Below, in pieces: positions 21,310 to 30,837 of a stretch of DNA of 32,000 nucleotides (its first letter is position 1; each line of letters opens with the position of its first letter). Source of the DNA: Candidatus Saccharimonadota bacterium. GTDB taxonomy: Bacteria > Patescibacteriota > Gracilibacteria > BD1-5 > UBA2023. The notes under the pieces were generated by a model. That model ran no database searches, had not been told where the DNA came from, and saw only the letters and a program-made list of their open reading frames with translations. The stretch lies in contig BAAFHK010000002.1 of assembly GCA_042852035.1 (NCBI GenBank), forward strand, positions 1-32,000. The letters run 5' to 3'. A program made the position numbers and the translations under genes.

Positions 21310-23178
21310 ATGCGAAATAAACGATTCCAGAAGCATCCTGGAGAACAACATACGATGTTGGGATATGCCCCGAGAAACTTTTTTGATTCTGGAAAGAAAA
21401 TGCAGAGTAACCTCCGTCCTGGAGATTCCTTCCTGTTCGAAGATTCCTATCGACCAAAACGTTCGTATCCGTTTTTGACGCCCGTTCAGGCACTCAAAAA
21501 ATTTCTCGGACACCACGAAGATCGAGTCAAGCCGCTCGCAAAGGGGACGATGCGAGTGATTCCATTCGGAGGAACCGAGCAAGTCGGACTCAACTGTATG
21601 GGATTCGAATATGAAGATGAGATGATTATCATCGATATGGGTCTTCAGTTCGCTGATCAGTATCAGTATGGTATTAATTCCTCGATTCCTGATCTCACCT
21701 ACTGTCGTGGGAAAAAAGTAGTCGGTGCGTGTATTACCCACGGACATATCGATCATATCGGAGGAGTATACTACCTCATGGAGCAACTCGGACGCGGTAT
21801 TCCTCTCTATGCGACGGCGATGGCCTATGAGCTCATCAAGCTGAAACAATCAGATATGGGAGCAGCGCTTCCAAACCTGAAGGAATATGTGCGCTATCAG
21901 CCCGTTCAGATGGGAAAACACTTTCAGATTACTCCATTTGTGGTGGATCACTCGATTCCTGATTCGGTCGGACTGTTGATCGAGACACCCGTAGGTCGAT
22001 TTGTGCATACAGGAGATTGGAAGTTCGATCGAAATCCACTTCCGAATCGTCCATCGACGAACTATGAATATCTCGAAACTCTCGGGAAACGGGGAGTTCG
22101 CGCACTCTTTTCGGATTCGACGAACGCTCATCTGCTCGGATCTTCGATTTCTGAATCAGAGGTGGTCCACTCGATCGAAGATATTTTCGAAAAAGCGCCC
22201 GGTCGTGTCATTACCGCGACGTTTTCTTCGATCATCGATCGTGTAATGCTCATTATTTCGACGGCTGAGAAATATAACCGTAAGGTCGTACTCCTCGGTC
22301 GTTCGATGAATAACTATATCGATATCGCGATCAAGCTCGGATACGTCCGTCCAAAACCGGGAACGATTATTTCGATGGAGGATGCGGCTCGACTCCCCGA
22401 TGATCAGGTAACGATCTGTTGTACGGGGGCTCAGGGGGAGCGCTATGCGGCGCTCATGCGTATCGTGACAGGAGAATCTCGCGATACAACTCTGAAAGCC
22501 AATGACACGATTATTTTCTCATCATCCGTGATTCCAGGAAATGAACGTGCCGTCCAAGGACTCTTCGATCTTATTACCCAACAAGGACCAAAAATCCATC
22601 ATTATAAGGAATCAGAAATCCATGCAGGTGGACATGCGCGTGAAGAGGATACCAAGAAAATGATCAATCTCCTTCAGCCAGAGTACTATGTACCGATCTA
22701 TGGGTTCCCGCATATGCTTCGAGGAAATGCTCGAAATGCCTATGAACTCGGATATTCGAAGGATAAGGTGATTATCCTGAAAAATGGAAAAATTCTCGAA
22801 TTTGGTCCTAAGGCCGTTCGAGAAACCGACGAATATGCATCCCATAAGCTCATTACGGTGGATGGTCGTATGGTCGGATATACCGCTGAGAAAGAACTCC
22901 ATGATCGATTCCAGATTTCGTCTCAGGGAGTGCTCGTGATCGGTATTGTGAAGAAATCGAGTGGATTCGCGATCAAGTATTCGACCGTCGGACTTCCACC
23001 AGTCGCTCAGATCGCCACTCTCGAAAAATCGCTCGATATCGCGATCCAGGACATCCTGAAGGATCTCACTCGATTCAAGGATGCAGAGAGTTTCGTAGCT
23101 CACGTCGAACGAAAAGCATGTGATATCTGTCTCCATGAGATCGGAAAGGAGCCGAAAGTGGTGGTGGTAGTGCAGTAG
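21310..23178 (+). CDS. rnj: Ribonuclease J
   Basis: MRVIPFGGTEQVGLNCMGFEYEDEMIIIDMG and ITHGHIDHIGG (HxHxDH), plus beta-CASP-like regions. 622 aa with no in-frame TGA and a TAG stop. Confidence 0.9.
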   Translation: MRNKRFQKHPGEQHTMLGYAPRNFFDSGKKMQSNLRPGDSFLFEDSYRPKRSYPFLTPVQALKKFLGHHEDRVKPLAKGTMRVIPFGGTEQVGLNCMGFEYEDEMIIIDMGLQFADQYQYGINSSIPDLTYCRGKKVVGACITHGHIDHIGGVYYLMEQLGRGIPLYATAMAYELIKLKQSDMGAALPNLKEYVRYQPVQMGKHFQITPFVVDHSIPDSVGLLIETPVGRFVHTGDWKFDRNPLPNRPSTNYEYLETLGKRGVRALFSDSTNAHLLGSSISESEVVHSIEDIFEKAPGRVITATFSSIIDRVMLIISTAEKYNRKVVLLGRSMNNYIDIAIKLGYVRPKPGTIISMEDAARLPDDQVTICCTGAQGERYAALMRIVTGESRDTTLKANDTIIFSSSVIPGNERAVQGLFDLITQQGPKIHHYKESEIHAGGHAREEDTKKMINLLQPEYYVPIYGFPHMLRGNARNAYELGYSKDKVIILKNGKILEFGPKAVRETDEYASHKLITVDGRMVGYTAEKELHDRFQISSQGVLVIGIVKKSSGFAIKYSTVGLPPVAQIATLEKSLDIAIQDILKDLTRFKDAESFVAHVERKACDICLHEIGKEPKVVVVVQ

Positions 23179-23198
23179 CTTCATATTCTCAAATAACT

Positions 23199-23229
23199 AA
23201 AAAATCCCAAGGAACTCTTGGGATTTTTC
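23199..23229. terminator. Bidirectional hairpin terminator between rnj and the Gly/His-rich peptide gene
   Basis: aaaatcccaag / cttgggatttt is an 11-bp perfect stem with loop gaact. The hairpin has A- and T-runs on either side. Confidence 0.7.
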
Positions 23230-23230
23230 T

Positions 23231-23419
23231 TTAGTGATGTCCATGTCCGCCTCCACCGCCTTTGCCTTCGCGGAAGTTCTTCATCGCATTGGCTCCACTG
23301 ACGGCTCCAAAGAATCCGCCGATCATCGATGTGATCCCAAAATCGAATCCACCTCCACCTCCTCCTCCGTGCCCATGATCATCATGACCATGATCGTCGT
23401 GCCCGTGACCTCCTGACAT
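23231..23419 (-). CDS. Small Gly/His-rich protein with a central glycine-zipper-like hydrophobic segment
   Basis: MSGGHGHDDHGHDDHGHGGGGGGGFDFGITSMIGGFFGAVSGANAMKNFREGKGGGGGHGHH. ATG start and TAA stop, flanked by a terminator. Confidence 0.55.
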   Translation of the reverse strand: MSGGHGHDDHGHDDHGHGGGGGGGFDFGITSMIGGFFGAVSGANAMKNFREGKGGGGGHGHH

Positions 23420-23515
23420 ATGTGTATGATTATAAAATAACTCACATATTTTAGTACATAAAAAATATAAGTCAATAAAACTTTCTTCGTTTTCAGAAAA
23501 ATGAGGATTCTAAAT

Positions 23516-23543
23516 TTGCATTTCTTCCTCTTTTTTCTATAAT
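23516..23543 (+). promoter_or_regulatory. Sigma70-like promoter for tRNA-Ser(GCU)
   Basis: TTGCAT (23516-23521), a 16-nt spacer, then TATAAT (23538-23543), 10 nt upstream of the tRNA 5' end. Confidence 0.5.
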
Positions 23544-23553
23544 CCGCGCACGT

Positions 23554-23646
23554 GGTGGGTTACTCAAGTGGCTGAAGAGGCGGGTTTGCTAAACCTGTAG
23601 GGTGCCGCAAGGTGCCGCCGGGGTTCGAATCCCCGGCCCACCGCCA
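23554..23646 (+). tRNA. tRNA-Ser (anticodon GCU), encoded CCA
   Basis: GGTGGGT acceptor pairs with GCCCACC. Anticodon arm CGGGT-TTGCTAA-ACCTG, long variable arm, T-arm CGGGG-TTCGAAT-CCCCG. 93 nt. Confidence 0.9.
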
Positions 23647-25415
23647 TAAAGGTCAATATCCGAAGAAGAAGTCAGTAATGGCTTCTTTTTCTTGTTTTTA
23701 GAGTTCGAACCTTCCATTATGCTTATGTCAGTCTTTTTGGGGTCTATTAGAACCCCACGTTTATAAATACCCTTAAATAAAGGCTTTAAGTCAAAATATA
23801 TAATCTCTTTGTTTTGTATAACAATACTATTAAAAATAGAAGCAGCAATATGCTGTTTTTTTCTTGGTGAAAAGTTCTTAAATCCTGTTGCTAATTCTTT
23901 CGCGTATTTTAATGGTTCTTCTATCTGTTCTTTGTTATACTCCGCCACATCATCAAAGTTATTTAATCTATTTTTAATTTCTTCAATATCTCTTTTAATC
24001 TTTTTGATGGCAATTCCTAATTCCTCAATCATATCATCATCAGTTTCTTTTCCATATCGCTTTACATAGAGTTCTTTTTCACTTTCCAAGCGTCCTAATT
24101 CTTGGTTGAGTTTATGTTTTGTATCCTCTTGGAGCTTTCACTGTTTTTCTAATTCAAACTGAATTACTTTTTCTAACATCTTCAAATCAAAAGCGTTTAG
24201 TTTTAATTTTGATATTACTTTATCAAAAATCATATCTTCTAATCGTGTTCCAGAAATTGATGTTTTATCACAAAGAGTTTTATCATTACAAGAACAACGA
24301 TAATATTGATATCGTTGAACCTTTTTCTTTTTGGTTTCTGCTGTATAGAAACGAAGTGTTTTATACAATTCTGGGTGTTCTTTATTCTGACAAGAACATT
24401 GAGTTATTCACTTCCAAACATATATCTCACCATCATCCAGCCATTTCCCACGACTTCATACTGTATTTCATTCGCGCACATTTTTACAAGCATCAAATAA
24501 CTTTTTGTCGATAAGTTTTGGATATGCTCCTAATTGATCCAATAATTCTGTATATTCAACAAAAGCAAAATTACCTTTCTCTATTTTAAGTTCAGGGTAT
24601 TTTTCTAATAAATATTCTATTTTTTCAGTGGTTAATTTCTTGTATTTCACAACCACTCTTCACCAATAAAACTCATTACATAAAATACGTTCTATTTCGT
24701 GTCTATCAAAATCATATAAAATCTCTTCTCACTTCTTAATGGTATATCTTTTATATCATCTCTTTTTGAATTCATCAGTAAGGCTATCGTAGGTATATTT
24801 TCCAGTGCTATATAACTCAAAACATTCCTTTACTACTTTTGCGGCATCGTGATTGTTATCAAATGCTACAAAATTATTATCTTTTTTTCCGATACTTATG
24901 TATCCATATGGCATATTACCCGCTATACGTCATTTTTTATATGTCTGATCCATATTTATGATACTTTCCAGCGACTTTTCTTTGCTATCAAACATTGCCT
25001 CATTAAGGAGTTCCACAAAAGCCCTTTTTCAATCTAAACTTCCGCAGTCAATCAGTCTTTCTTTTTTGGATAATACTTTAATCTTATCGTCCAAAACTAA
25101 CTGTGTTATGTCATTTCCTTCTTCAAAGTTTCGTGATAATCGCGAAATAAAATACACATAGATATAATCCACCTTTTTTCATATACCTTTAATATTTCTC
25201 TTTCTTACTTCATCCAGCATATTACTAAATTGGTCTCGTTTTCATTCAGTATATGCTGACTTATTATCTTGAAAACTTCAAATAATCTCAAATCATTTTT
25301 TTTCACATATCTCCGTCAATTCCTCTAATTGTTTATCAATAGATATCGAAGTATCTCGGTTTTTCTCACTACTACGGCGAGCATAGATAAAAACGGTAGG
25401 CTTTTTATTATTCAT
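23589..25415 (-). CDS. Large serine recombinase (integrase type)
   Basis: Hand translation gives 608 codons with about 14 in-frame TGA = Gly. The N-terminal resolvase domain is VFIYARRSSEKNRDTSISIDKQLEEL..KKGFEIIGSFQDNKSAYTEGKRDQF..VDYIYVYFISRLSRN. There is a recombinase domain, a zinc-ribbon-like segment QCSCQ..YYRCSCNDKTLC, then a coiled coil. The TAG stop at 23589-23591 lies inside the tRNA-Ser gene on the antisense strand. Confidence 0.8.
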
Positions 25416-25423
25416 AAGATTTT

Positions 25424-25810
25424 TTAGTTATGTCTTTCATATTGCTTTATATATTCTTCTGGGTCTTTTCGCCATTGTTTCATAAGTTTTATAAATGAAC
25501 TTCGATAATGTATCATCATAATTAACAAGGCTTTTCATAATAACTCGTTCCTTTGTTCCTCAGTAATTGTATTAGTATCTACCGCGATATTTCATATTCA
25601 AATCTGTTTTTCACCAACTTGCCCAAGCATACCAATAACGATACGGTATCTTACCATCATCGTTCATCTTCATAAATCTTGATAATTCTTGGCTATCATT
25701 CGGGCTTCTTCATATGATAATACTCATCAATGATTTCTATCATTTTCATCTAAAATAGACGCTATTATACTATCTAATAATTTTTCCTCCGCAGACTGAT
25801 ATGTTGGCAT
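25424..25810 (-). CDS. Hypothetical protein (128 aa), directly upstream of the recombinase
   Basis: The frame is open for 128 codons in very AT-rich DNA if 7 TGA codons are read as Gly. ATG at 25808-25810, TAA at 25424-25426, and 8 nt before the recombinase start. No recognisable motif. Confidence 0.45.
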
Positions 25811-26227
25811 AATTTCTAACTTAATGAAGTAAATACTATGATTATATACATTAGTTAGAAAATACAACTTTTTCATCTTTTCAAAAGTTAAGTCTTAAAT
25901 ATTTTATTCTGATTTCAGCGGGAAGGTCATACCCGATATAGTAAAACCTCCCTTAAAACCATATCAAGTATGCCATTAAATAGTCAGTCACTGCCACTCA
26001 GTCAAAAAATGACTTATCGCCTGTTTGTCTTTCCCCAAAACATCGATATTTAACCAAATCCATCCTATTCAGATTTCATATGGGTCAGGAATACCTCGCA
26101 TTATTGGCACATTGCGACCCCGTGATTGTAGTTTTATATCCCGACAGGCTCACTACGCAGGGACGGTTGTTTTTACTCAACCAGCCATATTTGATGAATA
26201 GAACACTTTTAACTTTTTTTCAAACAG

Positions 26228-26253
26228 AAATCTTGAAAAAGAAGATTTTTTTT
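26228..26253 (+). terminator. Hairpin plus T-run (terminator-like)
   Basis: aaatctt / aagattt stem with loop gaaaaag, followed by tttttttatttttctttttt. Confidence 0.45.
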
Positions 26254-26391
26254 ATTTTTCTTTTTTGAAAATACCATTTTTTTCCTTTACCTGTGCGGTT
26301 TCGTGTTATCACGAAAAATAAAAAGAAAAAATCATTTGAGAAAATTATAAAAGTGTCGTATCAGAAAATACTACCTTTTAACTTTTCTTAT

Positions 26392-26889
26392 ATGAACCAA
26401 GAAACAAAACTCCAATCTATAACACTGGAAGATATCAATACTAATACCATTACCAAACATACTTGAAGCGATTGATTTGATGGTTCATCATTTATTTGAA
26501 TAGGACTATTGTTTCTTTTCCTTATTTATATGCTTCACGATGGCAGTAATAACTCAAATACCTCTTCATCTTCAAAACCTTCAAATCAAAATAAGAAATG
26601 AATAAAACTTGATAATAATGAAAAGAAATTATCGGATAAAGTTCGTGCCTTGGAAATGACGCTTAAAAACTTGGAATTAAAAAAGCGTGAAGCTGAAGGT
26701 GAAATCAGAAAAATTGAAATGAATAGCTTATCTCAAACTGACACCGAAGCCACTTATGATAATGAATTCAAAATAGACAAACTTACTATGAAAATAGAAG
26801 AAATCGAAATGATGATAGAAAAGAAAAATGAAGAGCTGGAAGACGCAAAAATAAAACTTGAACAATATCAAAACGAAAACTATTTATAA
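26392..26889 (+). CDS. Membrane-anchored coiled-coil protein, hypothetical
   Basis: ATG 26392 joins track ORF 26650 through 4 TGA codons. TM segment FIGIGLLFLFLIYML, a Ser/Asn-rich linker, then heptad-like KVRALEMTLKNLELKKREAEGEIRKIE... The frame is also open upstream to 25984, so the start is uncertain. Confidence 0.55.
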
Positions 26890-26905
26890 CCTAACAAAAA
26901 TACAT

Positions 26906-27616
26906 ATGGATATACAAACTATGAATGAACTTTTTATCACGAGCAAAATGAACTCATTCTTTTCATTCAAGAAAACAGATAAAAGAAAAACACTTGTTGA
27001 AGAAGTAATAGAACTCAAATCTTATACGATTATCCGACTTTATCTTACAAATGAAGAAGTATTGAAAACAAAACAAGAACATGCTATATTTAAGCCTGTT
27101 ATCGAGAGCCTATTGTTTCTTTATAATCATCTCTCGCAGCGGTATTATCCAAATGTTGGATTTACGCCGCTTATTATCAACGGACATAAGTTTCCAACGT
27201 GTATTGTTATATTTCGGTGACGACAACAAGGAACAAGTGTCCCACCAAGTATTGGCTACCAAAAAATTACCAATATAAATCTTCAAATTGATGAAAAATG
27301 ACCGTATGACGAAGAAAATACCCAAAACGATATAACCCAAGCAAATCCTAATGAACGACATCTAACGCCAGAAAATCAGCGTATATTCCAGCGTATTTAT
27401 GCGATGCTTGTAAATAGAAACATTTCCATAAGGAAAATATTTGATATTTGAATAAAACAATCCCAAGCCAGAGCCATCTACAAGAAACTGGAAGGGCTTT
27501 GATTATTTCAAGTGAAGGCATTCAATAATAATGAAAAGATGTATTTCCCTTGAAACTATGGAATATTTACAGAAGAACATATAAAAGAAATAATGAACCA
27601 AGAAAACCAAGACTAA
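26906..27616 (+). CDS. Hypothetical protein with a possible C-terminal winged-helix DNA-binding region
   Basis: Track ORF 26858-27220 continues through 5 TGA codons to TAA 27614-27616. The C-terminal segment ENQRIFQRIYAMLVNRNISIRKIFDIGIKQSQARAIYKKLEGLGLF loosely resembles FtsK-gamma-type wHTH. This is a weak judgement. Confidence 0.5.
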
Positions 27617-27646
27617 AATATATAACTTTTAGGATAAAGTTATCCA

Positions 27647-27673
27647 AAAACACCCCGTGATATGGGTGTTTTT
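27647..27673 (+). terminator. Rho-independent terminator
   Basis: aaaacaccc / gggtgtttt stem with an 8-nt loop and a T-run. Confidence 0.6.
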
Positions 27674-27754
27674 CCGTGTTCGTTCGTGATGATACAGTAG
27701 AGCAAAATTGCCTTATTGAGTTGCTTTTTCCTTTGAAAGTGATATTATATCCGT

Positions 27755-27876
27755 GCCTAAAAAATATTATTCTCTAACACACGTTCGTTTTTTTATTTGT
27801 CATAACGAAATTAAGGGGGCTTATAGCCCAACCCCTTTTTTATGACGAATAAACGAGGGAATAATGTTTTTTAGGC
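27755..27876. repeat. Long imperfect inverted repeat / extended hairpin (about 122 nt)
   Basis: The outer arms gcctaaaaaatattattc and gaataatgttttttaggc pair over 18 bp with one G-U. The inner arms gtcataa / ttatgac and flanking cgttt..att pair with bulges. The apical part aagggg-gcttatagcccaa-cccctt contains a nested gggct/agccc stem. Confidence 0.6.
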
Positions 27877-27947
27877 AAATTAAACATCTGGTGCTTTAAG
27901 TCCCCTTTGTTTTTTGCCAATTGAACCAAAATGGAATTGGAAAATCA

Positions 27948-27987
27948 AAAAGACTTTACACCAAAAATGTGAAGTCTTTATTTTTTA
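27948..27987 (+). terminator. Hairpin plus T-run ending 13 nt before the start codon at 28000
   Basis: aaagactttaca / tgtgaagtcttt stem (one G-U) with loop ccaaaaa, then attttttat. Confidence 0.5.
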
Positions 27988-27999
27988 TCCCGAGTAATT

Positions 28000-28353
28000 A
28001 TGTCTAAATATATTATTTCCCATCAACTTCGTATGAATATCCTTAAACACGAAGATTTTTGATTAAACTCACCAGAAATATTAAATGTTACATTATTTCA
28101 AACGGATAATCCAAGCGATATTGCTTATCCTATGTGTGCCAGCATAATTGAAAAATATTTCGATATTTTTTATGGGGAGCATAAATTAAACCTTATTTGT
28201 GAAATAGATAAGGAGCGTGTTCGTGAAAATTATAGTGTTCCATATGCTATTTATCAAACAGATTATTTTGGAAAAAAGATATTTATCGGTTGGTGAAGTG
28301 TGGAGATTTATGATACAATACAAGGAACACCAGAGGCTTACCTTAAATTATAA
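28000..28353 (+). CDS. Hypothetical protein (117 aa)
   Basis: ATG 28000 to TAA 28351-28353, with two in-frame TGA codons. It is absent from the standard-code track because of those TGAs. No motif recognised. Confidence 0.5.
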
Positions 28354-28358
28354 TATCA

Positions 28359-28997
28359 ATGTCTAAATACTTCAAAAACTCATCCTATACTGAAAACTCC
28401 CTTAAAAAGGAATATAGAAAGCTTGCCCAAATATATCACCCAGATAAAGGTGGTAAAGCAAGTATTTTTAAGGAAATGAAAGAAGAGTATGAAGTCATTC
28501 TCAAACAACTCAAAAATAATACTTATACCGCTGAACCCATAAAAGCAGAAAAGACTTATCAGAAAACTCCCCAACAAACAAAAACAACAAAAACAGAACC
28601 TAAAAAGAAAAAACAAGAACCCATTAACCATATTGAACCAGATTTTGTTTTCTTACGTTCAATGTTTAAGAAGGTTCGTATCTTTTCCATCAAGCATCCA
28701 CGACTTTGTTCTAATACTATACATACAACACTTGCTATAATTTTTGGACTTCTTGGAATAATATTGTTTCTTGGTAGCTGATATATATTGGCTTGAATAT
28801 TGCTCGTATATTCATTTACAACATTAATCATCTTCAAACATTATCTTTTTACTTTTTTATTGGCACTCGTTTTTACGCAATTCTGACATACACAGAACCC
28901 AGAATATTTTATTACCATTATTCTTGTAGCCACTATATTTAGTATGCCATTTATTTTGGTTCGTGCTGACGATGCTACACCCAATTTTTATCACTAA
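28359..28997 (+). CDS. J-domain (DnaJ-like) protein with C-terminal transmembrane segments
   Basis: LKKEYRKLAQIYHPDKGG carries the HPD motif. A Lys/Thr-rich linker follows, then hydrophobic segments. Track ORF 28359-28781 extends through 3 TGA codons to TAA 28995-28997. Confidence 0.7.
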
Positions 28998-29008
28998 TTT
29001 TTCTTTTT

Positions 29009-29548
29009 ATGAAAATATTTATCTTACTTCTGATTATTGCGAGCCTTATTGGTTTATATTTTATGATGAAGAATGAACGATTGTATAAGTGAAGAAACTA
29101 TATGGGAATATTTTTTATAGTTCTCCCTATTCTTTTTATTTTATCAGCATCATTTCTTCCTTTTATTGATTGATGAAGTAATAATGAAAGTGCGACATTA
29201 TTTCAATTTATTAAGGAGGCTGCTGATTTTTCTAAATCTAATTGAATACGCATATCTCTTATAGTTCTTATTATTTGGATGTTTCTTTTCGGATATATCC
29301 AAAGAAAAAGATATAGTCATTGACTTGGTATTTATATACTTTCAGTATTTATGTCATCCAGTGTAGTATTTTTTATTATGAATATTGCGGATGCTACAAG
29401 TTTTATATCAAAACAAAGTAGCCATATAAATTACCCAATCATTGGAGATACCTCATTCTTTATTATCATTTTTATAGCCATAGCATTTATACTTTATAGT
29501 TTTATCTATACCAAAGAAATCACTAAAAAGATACATAGTAAACAATAA
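29009..29548 (+). CDS. Polytopic small membrane protein (179 aa), hypothetical
   Basis: ATG 29009 joins track ORF 29351 through 5 TGA codons. There are about 5 hydrophobic segments. Confidence 0.55.
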
Positions 29549-29583
29549 TACAAAAATAGATTATTCCCTTAACCTCTTTTCTT

Positions 29584-29961
29584 ATGAAAAAACTGATAAC
29601 CTTATTCCTATTTTTCACTTTTATATCTGTTGTTTCCGCTGGGACGAGTATTCCTATACAACCAACAAAAGCAAAATCAATAATTCTTGATTTTAGGAGT
29701 TCAAATTATGTTCCAAAATATCAGGAATGCCAGTCTGAAACTGATATTGTTCGCAGTATTTGAAACCTGTATTATAAAGACATATCAAACCAACTTACAG
29801 AATGGGCGAATGAAATCAAAAGGACACGACCACTCACAATAGACGAAGCCGATGAATATACCCAAATAAAGATGATATTCCTTTCAGAATATAGCAGACC
29901 ATCAAACCGAACTTTTGCTCTTTGTGATGAGATGATGGATACATTTAATCAAAACAAATAA
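29584..29961 (+). CDS. Secreted hypothetical protein (125 aa)
   Basis: Signal peptide MKKLITLFLFFTFISVVSA, one in-frame TGA, and TAA at 29959-29961. Confidence 0.55.
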
Positions 29962-30008
29962 TCAACGAAACCAATAACCAAAATTACTTTTTATAACCGT
30001 TTCTTTTT

Positions 30009-30569
30009 ATGAAAAAACTCCTTATTACCGCATTTGTGGCACTTACAGTTTCCACTTCTCTCGTTTATGCTGGTGCTGGTGGTTGGTCTGATAGTGATGC
30101 TCCAATTTATGATTTTTCAACGGGCGCTGTTGTCAAAACAGGTTATGCCACTTCACCAATGTCAGATAAGGCTTCACGGATGGGTGCTATTAGCTTCAAA
30201 GTCCCTTGAATAGATAATCTTGGTTATGATATCAGTCATATCTATTTTGTTGATACAAAAGGAAATAAAGTATATCTCAATACCTTCAAAGCAAAAGAAA
30301 ATGGTGTATTTCATACCGTGTATGCTATTACGCCACGAACAGAGGCAGTAATACAACAAAATATGGGGCTACTATTTATCTCACGAACGAATTGTAGTAT
30401 AAACGACCCAATAAAGAAGGCGAAACTCTGCGACAGAATATCTAAAACAGAGTTCAATACTATTGGTCGTAAATATAAGTCTATCGGTGTGAAACTTCCA
30501 GATGGATCAACAAAAGAAATGAAAATCACTTTTTCAAATCAAGAAACCATTCAAGATTGGTATCAATAG
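30009..30569 (+). CDS. Secreted hypothetical protein (186 aa)
   Basis: Signal peptide MKKLLITAFVALTVSTSLVYA. Track ORFs 30009 and 30318 fuse across TGA 30207-30209. TAG stop. Confidence 0.6.
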
Positions 30570-30655
30570 TTTTTCTTTTTGATTTTGAAAAAACAAGATT
30601 TTATCTATTGTATAGAAAATTTGCGCAACATAGTATGATTTTCTATAATATTTTT

Positions 30656-30725
<70 letters not shown>

Positions 30726-30775
30726 TTCTTGATACTTCGTAATCAAAATAAGAACACATAATCCCATCTGATATA

Positions 30776-30803
30776 TTGACAAAATAATTATATAGACTAT
30801 AAT
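30776..30803 (+). promoter_or_regulatory. Consensus sigma70-like promoter for the gene starting at 30838
   Basis: TTGACA (30776-30781), a 16-nt spacer, then TATAAT (30798-30803), 35 nt upstream of ATG 30838. Confidence 0.55.
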
Positions 30804-30837
30804 GGAACGGTAATTTTTATTTTCTTACATATTCGCT

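Noticed and set aside
21238-23184. Minus-strand ORFs 21238-21849, 21850-22131 and 22612-23184
   Set aside because: They are antisense to the unambiguous RNase J gene.
26080-26268. Track ORF (62 aa), possibly an N-terminal extension of the 26392 CDS
   Set aside because: It is not annotated as a CDS. The joining segment is T/A homopolymer-rich and contains a terminator-like hairpin. It is kept as an open question in the findings.
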